A stretch of 64,000 bases of DNA. Origin: Octopus vulgaris (lineage: Eukaryota). The notes below the pieces were generated by a model. That model had not been told where the DNA came from and did no database searches. It worked only from the letters and a program-made list of their open reading frames with translations. Where the stretch lies: assembly GCA_951406725.2 (NCBI GenBank), contig OX597832.1:6138001-6202000 (forward strand). The letters run 5' to 3'. The position numbers and the translations under genes are program-made. Positions 1 through 12,522 of this stretch are shown one piece after another; the stretch's first letter is position 1, and each line of letters opens with the position of its first letter.

Positions 1-560
1 ACTATTGCACTATAACCCACTCTAAACATGAGTGGCATTCAGCTGGAGTACTCTCAACCTCACTCTCATCGAAGATCTCTCCTTAGCATAACAAGAACAG
101 CATCCCACTATAGCCTTTATCTTTAGGACCAAAAGATATTTCAGTCCCCAACAACTATCAACATTCTTCAAGGCTTAAGTGAGCCTCACAATGGAGTATT
201 GCTTCTAAATCTGAGACGCACACTGACAACCTTGATCACGTCCGGGGAAAGGACACTCAGCTGATTGGTATTCCATCACAGTCGGACACACTCCACAAAT
301 CTGATGTCCGCTCTTTTTTTTTCTACCACTATTATAATGGTCTCTTTTCTTGGAACTAGCTGGTCTCGTACCACTACCAATCAAGTACCCCCGTGCTACT
401 CATCTCACAACCTCATGTCACCCTTAGTTTGTCGACATCCTCTTTCTCCGCACTAACCTCTATGCCCAATCATCCATACCTAGAAATTCAACCTTCTGGA
501 ATCTCTGATCCTTTCTTCTCTTATTGCAATAAGATCTTTAATTTAAGCCAGTTATTTTTA
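1..560 (+). mobile_element. Degraded 3' end of a CR1/Jockey-like LINE (post-RT C-terminal region)
   Basis: Translation from ~122 gives FRTKRYFSPQQLSTFFKA*VSLTMEYCF*IW, then LDHVRGKDTQLIG and FYHYYNGL. These match the YKAQVRPxMEYCSxIW / LDRVQRRAxRLI / FYRYYNG motifs of these LINEs. Stops and frameshifts are present. Confidence 0.75.
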
Positions 561-689
561 GAAGAGGGTATTAATGGAAACCACCAATCTCAGTACTTAA
601 CTGGCACTTTATTTTATCGACCCCAGAGACATAACAGAAATAGTAGACGATGGTAGGATTTCAACTCAGAACACAAAGAGGCGGGAAAC

Positions 690-907
690 ACGCGAGGGTC
701 TGAAAAGCTCCTGGCTTTGGGTAAAATAAAATACAGGAGGACTAGTTAATCATGATTTTATTCCAACTATTTCCCTCTCAGATTCACAAATTTATTGCAG
801 CAATCCTTCAGATTTTCTAAACCCTGTAAAATAACTCGGAAGGTGGGGCCTCCAGCCTGGCCTTTCGTGATACCCTTAATGCGAGGAACTTTTCAGCACC
901 CTCTCGT
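690..907. mobile_element. Mariner-derived MITE (~220 bp)
   Basis: Terminal inverted repeats acgcgagggtctgaaaagctcct and aggaacttttcagcaccctctcgt, with a mariner-like ACGAGGG start. No ORF. Confidence 0.65.
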
Positions 908-949
908 TTCGTCATCATCCTGGACGTTACTGTATTGATTCATAGGACT

Positions 950-1170
950 CACAGGAACAGTTATCTGGGGTTTTTTATGGCGTATAAGTGAGCGAAAACA
1001 CATTCCCCTCGAACGAAACCCAGTCCACCGCAGAGTTTCTTATTTATAGCAGAGTAGACTGGACTAACATGAAATGAAATGTTCTGTTCATGAACACAAC
1101 ACACTGCCCGGTCCGAGAATTGAATCCACGATCTTGCAAGCAACACCCTAACCATTAGGCCACGCATCTT
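950..1170 (-). mobile_element. tRNA-derived SINE, family C-like head (degraded)
   Basis: The minus strand reads gcgtggcctaatggttagggtg...ggattcaattctcggaccgggcagtgtgttgtgttcatgaacagaacatttcatttcatgttagtccagtctactc, similar to the head at 27741-27875. Confidence 0.6.
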
Positions 1171-2232
1171 CACGGAGAAACACACCGCAAAGTTTTTTTT
1201 TTCTTCCAACACTCTGGAGAATATTGCCGGCTCACTGCCTAGATTTTCATCAGAATAATAGATGCAATTTATGAACAATCACAATAGATACTTCTGTCTC
1301 CAAGCGTAAGAAAGCATACAATGGTATAATTCAAAATAAACAGTAGAGCTTGTAACAAAGAAATGCTTCATTATATCCGTTCTTGATAATAAGAAAAAAA
1401 ATCGGAACCACTGCTAAGAACTACCAAGTACTCGGATAATGTCCGCTGGATGGACAGTATCTGATCAACAAAGACAGCTTGTGGCGAGACAGGTGATTCG
1501 TCATATTGTTCGATAAATTCACTGGATTTTTTTTCTTCTTCTACTTGGCAATTCATCATCATGAGTCTGAAAAGAGGAAAACTTTATTCAAATTTCAAAA
1601 ACGATAAACAAAAGTGTTGAAAGAAGAATAAAGCTACAAAATGTCATAAAACACTATGATGGAAATGTTTTTCTTGTTAATTCAAATAATAGTAGAAAGG
1701 TTGAAAATAAATGGGAGAAAGAAGAAACAGGAAAGCACATTTATCTGACAAAGAAAGCAATATTTATTTATTTTTAATTTGGATTCGTATTCTATTCATT
1801 AATTTCATTTGGTATTGCCTCTATCTCAGATGAAATTTGAATTTGAAAAAAGAAATGTTCAGGTTTGGAACGCTTTCGTTGTAAAAAAAATATCCGAATC
1901 CCCACAAAAGATGAGACGGTGATGTTTGGAAAAATGCCTAAGAAGTACAAAAAAGTTAGGGAAAAAAAGGATAGTTAAGGTTTGATACGGTTTCAAATTT
2001 TGAAAAAGGCCTCGGATTTCCATAAAAAAAAGGTAACAGCTGGAACGGTTTCGTTCTAACATTTAATAAATAAATTCTGATTCACTGCTGACCTGACCGA
2101 TGATATTTACGTATTTTTTTATAGGTAAGATATAAACAATTGAGTGTCTATACGATTTGCTTTTGCGATCTCATAACGAATTTCTCATTAGGACCCAGCA
2201 ATTTCGGTATAACAGAATTATACTTGTGTATG

Positions 2233-2950
2233 TATTGGGTTGGCAAAATAAGTCTGTTCGGTCCCATAAATGTAAAAATAAGACAAGTTTTAAACGCAAA
2301 ACCAATTATTCCATCAATGATTTAGTTACTGTTATGTCCCAGCATCTTCTGCCATCTTATGGGCACATTCATTATTCCCTGCTTAAAGAATTTCCTGTCT
2401 TTACTGGCAAAAATCTCTTCCAAGTGAATTTTCACATCCTCTTCAGAGTTGAAGGTTTATCCATTCAATGAATTTTGAAGAGACCCAAACAAGTGGAAAT
2501 CTGAAGGCGTGATGTGGGGCGAATATGGAGAGTGCGGCAAAACTTCTCAGTCAAACCCAAGTAAACACTGCTGCGTCTGCAAAGAAGTATGCAATCTGGC
2601 CATTTCGTGATGAAAGACAACGCCGGAAGCTTCTGGTGGGTCGTCACATTTAATTTGTCCAGCTGGCCACTGTTCACATCCACATTGATGGTCGTAAAAG
2701 ACATCCTTCCAATCACACCAAATTGAAAGCATAATCTTCTTGGGGTGAAGTTCTGCTTTGGAGGTTGTTTGCGGTGGTTCACCATGCTTTCCTTATAAAC
2801 ATTTGCGCTTCACATTGTTATAGCCGATCTATTTTTCGTTCATTATCACCAATCTCTTCAAAAAAGGACCGTTTTCTTCACGTTTCTGCAATGAATCGCT
2901 GATGGAAAACCATTGGGCGAGGTTAGCGTCATGGGACTCAAACATCGAGT
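2233..2950 (-). mobile_element. Mariner transposase pseudogene fragment with one TIR
   Basis: Minus-strand motifs [35 protein letters not shown] and PHSPYSPHITPSDFHLF (YSPDLAPSD-like). TIR-like tattgggttggcaaaataag at 2233. Frameshifted. Confidence 0.85.
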
Positions 2951-2969
2951 TTCCATTTCCTTTCTTTCA

Positions 2970-3049
<80 letters not shown>

Positions 3050-3096
3050 GTATGCATGTATGTATGTATGTATGTATGTATGCATGTGTACGTATG

Positions 3097-3156
<60 letters not shown>

Positions 3157-3184
3157 ACTAGTTGTTTATATATATATATATATA

Positions 3185-3592
3185 CAGGAGTGGTTGTGTG
3201 GTAAGTAGCTTGTCTACCAACCATATGGTTTCGGGTTCAGTCCCACTGCGTGGCACCTTGGGCAAGTGTCTTCTACTATAGCTTCGGGCCGACCAAAGCC
3301 TTGTGAGTGGATTTGGTAGACGGAAACTGAAAGAAGCCCGTCGTATATATGCATATATATATGCGTGTGTGTGTTTGTATGTCTGTGTTTGTCCCCCTAG
3401 CATTGCTTGACAACCGATGCTGGTGTGTTTATGTCCCCGTTACTTAGCGGTTCGGCAAAAGAGACCGATAGAATAAGTACTGGGCTTACAAAAGAATAAG
3501 TCCCGGGGTCGACTTGCTCGATTAAAGGCGGTGCTCCAGCATGGCCGCAGTCAAATGACTGAAACAAGTAAAAGAGTAAAAGAGAGTAAAGA
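3185..3592 (+). mobile_element. tRNA-derived SINE family A, full-length copy
   Basis: tRNA-like head ggagtggttgtgtggtaagtagc...ggttcagtcccac, internal (TA)/(TG) tract, tail gaaacaagtaaaagag. Homologous copies at ~14312-14660(-), 25520-25875(-), 28415-28805(+), 37038-37412(-), 54005-54435(+) and 60335-60745(-). Confidence 0.85.
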
Positions 3593-3897
3593 GTTGTATC
3601 AATTGTTCCTCCATGCGTTTTACCATTGTAATTGTTTGGATGTGGGTAATCTTTGCATTAAACATTGGGGGTCTTACGTGTTCATCTGTGTATACACACA
3701 CACACACACACACACACATGCACACACGCATATACAGACTTATATATGGAATAGAATGGTGTGCATTTGCAATTACAAACGGAAGAAAGTACTCAATACG
3801 CAAGACAAAGTAATCTATTTTATTAAAATATCAAAATTCATCTTGTTTACCCGTTTAGATAATCAGAGCTACGATTCAGCACATTTCTTTCTCATTC

Positions 3898-3933
<36 letters not shown>

Positions 3934-5577
3934 TTTGTGTGTGTGTGTGTTTACGCGTGCTCTGTATGCTACGTCGCAAAATACAGTTTTTCGGCTTAAT
4001 TTATAAAATGTTTCTGTCGTTATATTTTCTTCATTCACGTCCATTCTTCTAATGTACGTTACGCTCTATTGCTCAATATAAACAGAAGAGCGAAAAACAA
4101 GAGTGCCAGCCAATTCTGCTGGCCAAATACACATGCATGCATGTGCACCCATGTGTATGTTTGGAGCGGAAATCACCAGAAGAGAGTTCAGTTCTAATAG
4201 GATCGAAACAAACATCTGTATTTGATCTCAAATTCCTTTCATTTCCTTAAAGAGGCTAATACCTTTAAAATTAAAGGAGCCGGTCACTCATCGATTGATA
4301 CTCCTTATTAGAAAAGTCCAATTGACTGACTTTATTAAACTTTTACCGGAGAAACTTTTATATTTTTATTTTTATTCTAGTTAGTTGAGGCTTTTTTTTT
4401 TTTTTACACATTTCTTTATCTAAAAAATTTTCTTTCGGGGGCTTTCTTTTGTCAACTTTTTCACTAAAACTACTATTTATATTTTAGTAAACTTGCATGT
4501 CAGAGACACAGAAATTTTATACTATTTTATCATTTTTATTCTTACTTAGCAATCAAATACAGTGTCAGCGAAGCAAGCTGTAGGTGCTTTTATGGATTTT
4601 CACAAACTAAAATAAAATAATAATAATAATAAAAACACCCCTCCTTCTCTCCCGTTTCAATGACAGCAATTAGATGAGGTCGGAACTGCCTGATTACCCT
4701 TGAGGTTATTATGATCGTCGGAGGATAGATTCAAGGTTAAATGTGGGATGGTTTGGGCAACACTAGTTAGCTTATATTACAATAATCATTCTATTATCTT
4801 AGCCTAGCTGATCTCTAGAACCGGTCTCAACCGACGGAAACCGACAGAGAGCAACGGACAAATAAAAAGAAGAAAGCATTAAATTTATAAAGGGGTGTTT
4901 ACTCGAAAATTCGCAGGTCGACAGCTGTGATAAACTGTCTAATACCCACCTTATCTACCCACCTACCTATTTTTCTATATAGTTGTTCATCAAGCTATCT
5001 ACCTCCCTATTTACCCATCTACTCACTAACCTACAAAGCTACCACTCTGCTTTCGAATCTATCAATCTATCTATCAAATAATTTCGTTATCTTTCTCTTC
5101 ATTTTGTCATTTCTACATGAGCTGTATGATAGTTCTTTATCAGAGCTGTATATCAATGTTTTATATATTAGTCGTTAATGAGAGTAGTTAACCAAATTTT
5201 CGTTCCCGTTACCATTTCCAATTCTGTTGCTTCATTTAATTAATGAATTCTTTAAGAAAAGAATGATGGGCACGAACTCACGTTTATCATCTCAGTATAC
5301 CTTCCTAGATGCACTTTGATACAAACATGTATATTTCTTATGAATCTGTCTTTTCATTCTTATTCAAGCGGGTACATTTCAGTGTTATATATATATATGT
5401 TTGTTTTGCAAGATTTTTTATGTGAAATCGTGTGTTGAAACAGATATTATTGTATTTAGGAATGGTCATTTTGATTAAGATTAATGTAAAAAATAAATAA
5501 CGCTGAAGCAAAGTAACACCAAATATATAATGCGTGTGTTTTTATTGGCTAAACTGGCAAAATGACCACTCCTAAAT

Positions 5578-5615
<38 letters not shown>

Positions 5616-5956
5616 AGAGACAGAACCACTTTCAACTCAATCAACACTGAAAGTTTTTATACCCACCACTCTATAAAATGTTAAAAATTAAATCTTGTAC
5701 TAACTATATCTATTCTGAATCCTGTATTTCCGTTTATAAGACTTACACGTATTTCTTGAAAGTACGTCGGTATTGATTAGATATGAGGTATCTAGTTTCA
5801 ATACTTACTCGGGTCGACATACTCCCAATCTTCAGGTCTGGATTCCTCAACATTTTTCACTAACCTTATCGCTTATATACTTCCATGATACTCTATATCC
5901 TCAATATAATCTTACTTAAAATGTACAAATGAATAGACATACAAATAATGAATAAA

Positions 5957-6016
5957 AATAATAACTGAGTTTCGGATGTCGGGGCTGAAGCCTGCACCGG
6001 TATCTCATCAGTTATT
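5957..6016 (-). ncRNA. Hammerhead-ribozyme-like motif (type I, partly degenerate)
   Basis: Minus strand: aataa CTGATGA gataccggtgc...gccccgacatc c GAAAC tca gtt a ttatt. Core boxes at 6011-6005 and 5973-5969; same layout as 8383-8460. Confidence 0.45.
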
Positions 6017-6155
6017 AAAACAAAAACGCTATGAAAAAAAAATCGTTGAATAAAGGGATGGTACTCCAATAGGCGTGGTGAAAGTAAAACTTCGTTCGTA
6101 GAATCTGCATATGCACACATGTACACATATATACATACATGAACGCCCACACACA

Positions 6156-6197
<42 letters not shown>

Positions 6198-6328
6198 CAC
6201 ATGTAAACATACACACATATATACATGCATACACGCACATACACACGTATATGTGCCCATGCACACATCGTGTTCATGTACACATCACTATATGCACATA
6301 CATACGCGGATATACAAAACCACGTATA

Positions 6329-6362
<34 letters not shown>

Positions 6363-7154
6363 AATATACACATACATACGTATAAATACGTAGTCAACAT
6401 CACCCTCGCGTAGATATATAGATGTTTATACAAATAAAAACACATTCGCCGCAAAACTTGAATACATTCGTGACCTGGTCGCAGCAATATCTGGAGATAG
6501 GTTATTTTCTCCAAAAGCATTCACAAGCAGCAAACCTGATGAGAGCTCAGCAGCTCGGTATAAATTCAACATAGTCGCAACTCTCTGGAAAACACTTTAG
6601 AATAGGTAGGATGCTCTGCCGCTCACAACTCTAGCTTCCTAATAGCACAAGCGTTACCGAAAAATTTATAAACAATTCGTTATTAATGACAGAAGCAGAA
6701 ATAGTTCAAAATAGCATACTGTGTATCATATTTAACATGTATATACTGTAGAAAGCCACAAATCTACGGCATTCATCTCCAGACAGCATCTCGTATAGAC
6801 GTATAGTGCTAAAAAGTACAGAAGTGCATAAGTACTAGGCAAGAAAACGTCCGGCAGCGTAGGTGGAACCATTCGTGGATATTTGTTATGAATCAGAAAT
6901 CTGGATTTAGCAATTTTACCGGCGGTACTGAACACTTTTCATCTGCTACTCATAGCCTCCAATATGAGATACTGTTTCAAAAGGATCATCGCAATTTTGT
7001 AGCTGTTTACTGTATATCCATGTTAAGTAAGATATACAGAGACCTTCGTTATCAATATTTTTTTAAAAAATAAGCTAGGTGAAAAGAACACAAGTCGAGA
7101 CCTGAACCACTAAGAATTGCGGCAGTCCATTGTACATTTTATCTCCCTCCCACT

Positions 7155-7560
7155 TTTAAGGGTATGCGTTTGCTATCCAGGAACGGGAAATATCAACCAA
7201 GTGCCTGATGTACAAAAGGGACAGAGATGCAGGAAAAACCGTAAAATGTGACAAACGATGCAGACTTTCTGGAGTTCACACTGAATATATCACCCATATC
7301 ATAAGCAGATGTCCGAAAATGTCATCAGGGTATTTTTTCTGCAGTTACTCTATCCGGATTACAAGTTCAGGTTTATACTTGTAGTCATTGGGGCTCTGGG
7401 ATATGTAATACTCTGCCTAAATACCAATCTTGAGAAATTATGTTTTGGAACTGTAAAAATCTGTAAAACTTTCCATAAGTTTATTATTTTGATATATATA
7501 TAAGCATCCTAGATATCTAACTCTATGCATGAGAATACATCCATAAAACATACAAATCTG
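7155..7560 (+). mobile_element. R4/Dong-type (RLE) LINE 3' fragment, internally deleted
   Basis: GYAFAIQEREISTK...CDKRCRLSGVHTEYITHIISRCPKMSS (CCHC knuckle remnant), then LQLLYPDYKFRFILVVIGALGYV...GTVKICKTF. Runs into (CATA)n. Confidence 0.75.
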
Positions 7561-7688
7561 CACATACATACATACATACATACATATATACATACATACA
7601 TACATACATACATACATACATACATACATACATACATGCATGCATGCATGCATACATACATACATACATACATATATACATACATACA

Positions 7689-7722
<34 letters not shown>

Positions 7723-7893
7723 CATACATACATACATACATACATACATACATACATGCATGCATACATGCATACATGCATACATACATACATACATGCA
7801 TGCATGCATAAATGCATACATACATACATGCATACATACATACATACATACATACATACATACATACATACATACATACATACATACATACAT
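7561..7893. repeat. (CATA)n/(CATG) tetranucleotide microsatellite
   Basis: Directly visible; source of the MYVC/HTYI pseudo-ORFs. Confidence 0.95.
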
Positions 7894-7897
7894 GCAC

Positions 7898-8305
7898 AGA
7901 GAGCATTTATGGCGAATTAATGCCGAACTTACAACTCCTGTACCCTGACTGAAATTTTCCTTTGTACCTATCATCATAAGTGCATTAGGTTATGCACCAA
8001 CAAATTTGCACAAAACCTATAAATATTCGGTTTCATGGAAGAAAGAGCAAAAGAAACGGACGTAGATTCTCCAAATCTAATCTATTAGTAGTAGAGTGAG
8101 GATTTGTAAGACATTCTAAAACTTCTGAGCTTTTAAGTGAATAGATGCACACACTTGGGTGTATGCATCAACAGTTCAACCAACAAGCCAACTCAACTAC
8201 ATACTTGCAAACACCAGGAAACTTCTTCTTTACTCAAAAAGCCTTCTCGCTTTGTTAGCGGCCGGCTTGAACTCTATCAAGAACTAAAATAGAATGCAAT
8301 TGAAA
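7898..8305 (+). mobile_element. Second, diverged R4/Dong-type LINE 3' end
   Basis: SIYGELMPNLQLLYPD*...FVPIIISALGYAP...RVRICKTF, homologous to the 7155-7560 and 52890-53290 C-termini. Confidence 0.65.
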
Positions 8306-8317
8306 AAACATACATAG

Positions 8318-8378
<61 letters not shown>

Positions 8379-8382
8379 AGCA

Positions 8383-8460
8383 GATGGCCAGATAACTGAA
8401 GAGATGGCGTTGTGGATTTCCACTTCGGCATCCGAAACTCAGAGTTTTATCTTGGCTATT
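8383..8460 (+). ncRNA. Type I hammerhead ribozyme candidate between (TA)n tracts
   Basis: Stem I gatggccagataa / ttatcttggctatt; core CTGAAGA 8396-8402; long imperfect stem II 8403-8433; GAAA 8434-8437; short stem III ACT-cag-AGT; GUU cleavage triplet 8444-8446. Confidence 0.6.
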
Positions 8461-8488
8461 GAATATATATATATATATATATATATCT

Positions 8489-8566
<78 letters not shown>

Positions 8567-8878
8567 CGTGAACCTTGGATTTTACGGAGTAGCAAGGAGA
8601 AAATGTGTACGTAAATACTAAGCGTTTGTAAGATAGAAAATAACATAAGTGGTGCATTTTATTGTTTGTAGGATATATATAAAATAAAAAACAACTTTAA
8701 AACTAGATACATTAATGCGGCTATAAATTATTGAATTACTACAATGAAGATGTAATTTTACTTCTCTTTTTCATGGGATGGTTGTAGTGCATTTTCCCGT
8801 GACTATAACGGCAGTACAATATAGTGGTACTATTATTCGGTCCGTTGAATGCGAAATCCGTTAAATCGTAGTCCGTAT

Positions 8879-8880
<2 letters not shown>

Positions 8881-8935
<55 letters not shown>

Positions 8936-8976
8936 ATATATGTGTGTGTGTAAATGTGTATACTATATATATAAAT

Positions 8977-9009
<33 letters not shown>

Positions 9010-9416
9010 ATATGTAAATATATATACTGTTTATATATTTACACACACACACATATATATATATATACATACACATATATATACACACACATACATGTAT
9101 ATACGTATATATACATACATACACATACACATACATACGTATACATACAAATATATACATACGTATATATGCACATACATACATACATACATACATACAT
9201 ACAAACATACATACATACATACATACACACACACATACATACATACATACATACATACATACATACACACACACATACATACATACATACATACATACAT
9301 ACATACATACATACATACATACATAAAATACATACACACATGCAGACATGCATATATACAAACATAAATACATGCACACACACACACATACAAACACACA
9401 CACACAAACACACACA
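8881..9416. repeat. Compound (CA)n/(TA)n/(CATA)n microsatellite
   Basis: Directly visible. Confidence 0.95.
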
Positions 9417-10139
9417 CTTTTTCATTTCACTGTCTTTCACATTGAAACTCCTTCGTCTGCTGTGATTGTTTTATTAGTTAGAAGGTGAACTATGAAACTA
9501 ATAATAGTTTCTATTGCCGAGCTGAACGTGTAACTTCAATGGAAGGAGACTCACCAAGCGTGAAATTCAGTGATAATGCCGCTTCTAAGTGTATCTTTTA
9601 TAAGCAGGCTGTTTGGGAAAGTTTGAAGACAACAATTTTTTATTTTATTTTTCTCTAAACTACCTATTTACTGCCAGTTTCCACAAAAACAAGAAGAAAA
9701 AGAAGTAAAGATAAAGTGAAGTGATATGTCAAAAAAGAAAAATAGATAGGCTAATGTTTTGTATACGCCGCGTCCTACCGACACATCAGCTGATTTTAAA
9801 TAGCTACCTGTCATTTTGGTTTTAAATCATTATTTACGATTTACTGCAACATATGGGGAAGGTTGGGAGAAGCACAGGGATAGAAAATGAAACGGAATAC
9901 AATAGAATATGCACCATAATATGAATTAAGATTTTATTACAATGTTTATCTATGTCTTTTACTTGTTTCAGTCATTAAACTGCAGCCATGCTGAGGCACC
10001 GCCTTGAAGAATAAGCCTACTACTTATTCTAATGTTACGAGGACGTAAATTCACAAACACCGGTTGTCAATCGGTGATGTGAGACAAATACAGACACAAA
10101 GACACAAACACACACAAAGATATATATATATATATAGAT

Positions 10140-10202
<63 letters not shown>

Positions 10203-10346
10203 GAGAGAGAGAAATCCTGACGATTGGGCTACTCAGTGCCCAAGCGTGCGCAAGACTGGAGGGGAAACTGGAGAGGACATGAAATGTAAAAATCAGACTG
10301 GATTAGTTTATGCGTAACTCCATTGTCTCCCGAGACAAAAATATGC

Positions 10347-10401
<55 letters not shown>

Positions 10402-10964
10402 TCAATTCAAATAAACGAGTGAGATTAACGGACAACAAGAGGACGTGCACAAGAAATGTATTAACGGTGAAAAGAGTTTGACGTTTCGAGCATAGCTCTT
10501 TGTCTGAAAAGAGAAAGGATAAAGATCACAGAAGGAGAAGAAATCGCCAACAGCACTATGTAATTATATATATGCGACGAGCTTCTTTTAGTTTCCGTCT
10601 ACCAACCCACTCACAAGGCATAATGCAAACGTGTAGCTTTTTTGTGCATTTTGTTTGCAGAAAATAAAGAAATAACAGTAATAACGTTTAATAAATGTTG
10701 CTAACTGCAAGTTATGGCTGATTTAAGGTATTTTCGCGCCCGACATCACAAAATGCGTCTGAATAAACATTGCCAGACAGTAAATAGAGACTTGGACATT
10801 GCTTAGAAAATAATTTTCATTTTTAACCTCGTATGTAGTACGCACTAAGAATTTTGACCTTTAAATTTTGGGAAAAAGATGCCGATTATACTCGAAGATT
10901 TACGGTATGTATATATTTCTCCTTTTCTCGCATATAGATTTCAAGTTTTGGCACAAAATTCTAC

Positions 10965-11080
10965 TTTTATTTATATCGCTGCATTTCTAGTTAGAATCTA
11001 AATTTCTACTTTATTTTATACTATCAGCATAACCTTGCCTTATGCGTTTATCTTTTGCTTATTTATTAAATACTGTGTTC
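10965..11080 (+). repeat. 116-bp exact direct repeat, copy 1 (copy 2 at 13864-13979)
   Basis: ttttatttatatcgctgcatttctag...aatactgtgttc is identical by eye in both places; both give the ORF start [13 protein letters not shown]. Confidence 0.9.
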
Positions 11081-11364
11081 AGAGGAAGGTGTTGCGAGAC
11101 CGGTGAGCTTCATGCTGCAAATATTCCGTTCAAACAATTGCAGATCAACACTTACAGAAAAGACGTGAGCGAGGGAAATATTCCAGGAGGATTATGTTAT
11201 GGGTGGTGGGGAAAACTGGAGATAATGATAAGCGCAGGTCCGAGGTAGGGGAACTGGACGCAACAAGGGTCACAAGAAGCGGAGAGTCACGTGGTCGAGA
11301 ACGCTTGAGTGTAGTAGGTATGAAACCGGTCGGTCACCTCCGAGGAACAGAAACCGTTATTATA

Positions 11365-11798
11365 TTTTTTTCATATACCCAGGCTTATACTCCATTTTTT
11401 TAGGAGGGGGTAGCCACAACAAGACACACACTAGGCATTCCATTTATTTCCCAGCTCAAAGAGGCGAGCCCCGTTCTATGCTCTGGTCAAGGCATAGAAC
11501 GCAACCCCCAATATCAGCAGCGGGGCCCGACAACATATGCTGGTTTACCCCCGCCGCTTCATGCTGATTCTGTACCTCTTTGAGCAACATCAAATTCACT
11601 CATCCGTCCACAGACACTCTCCATGCTTTTCTATCATTTATAAATTCTCTTGCCTCTCTGACCCCAACACCTCCAACCACGAAAGCTTTCCTCGCCCTCT
11701 GGTTCTGCTGCCTACCACTTCTGCCTTCATCACCCTCCTTACCATCCGCTTCTCATCCATCCTCTCCATGTGGCCAAACCATCTCAACATTTGTCTGT
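11365..11798 (-). mobile_element. RTE-clade LINE 3' fragment with probable 11-bp TSD
   Basis: LRWFGHMERMDEKRMVRRVMKAEVVGSRTRGRGKLSW is the typical RTE C-terminal motif. Flanked by ccgttattata (11354-11364) and ccgttataata (11799-11809). Confidence 0.8.
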
Positions 11799-12491
11799 CC
11801 GTTATAATAGTAACAAAAAGACAGAGAGAAGAGACATCAAGCTTGCGGGCTAGAGGCCGGAGAGTGTCTGCTGGTGATTTACTTACCCCGGTGAAAAGCA
11901 AAAGATTAATTGCAAGAATCCTCTATATTTTAAATAAACATTATATTATAAGATTGCTTAAGACGGCGAACTGGCAGAATCGTTAGCACGATATTTCAGT
12001 ATTTCATCGGTCTTTACGTTCTGAGTTCAAATTCAACGGAGGCCGACTTTGCCTTTCACCCTTTCGGGGTCGATAAAATACGTACCAGTTGAACACTGGG
12101 GTCGATGTAATCGACTTAGACCTCACCAGAACTTTCTGGTCTTGTGCCAAAATTTGAAACCATTATAAGTCTTTTTAAAAAGAAGCTGAGTCTTTAGTTG
12201 GATCGGTAAAGTTGATTCACTCAGAAGTGTCGCATCCAAGCTATTCTCTTTTTTGAAAATATCAGAATTCACATAAACTCTTGAAATATCCGAATTCACC
12301 CGCCTCTTGAAAAGATGTATCCCTATGTAAAATTTCAGCTCCAAGGGAGCAAAACTGTGGCTGACAGCTTGGAACACACGCATGCATGCACGCACGCACG
12401 CACACGCATACACACACACATACATGCAGGCGTTTATATATTAAAATAAGTGTAAGAGAGTGAGTCTACGTGTGAGAGAGAGGAAAATAGC

Positions 12492-12522
<31 letters not shown>

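Noticed and set aside
4540-4930. Possible minus-strand promoter or exon (tttataaa, ttttag acceptor, gtaaga donor)
   Set aside because: Such signals are expected by chance in AT-rich DNA, and there is no coding support.
7438-9465. Many long [12 protein letters not shown] ORFs here and throughout the window
   Set aside because: Stop-free translations of (CATA)n, (TA)n and (CA)n microsatellites.
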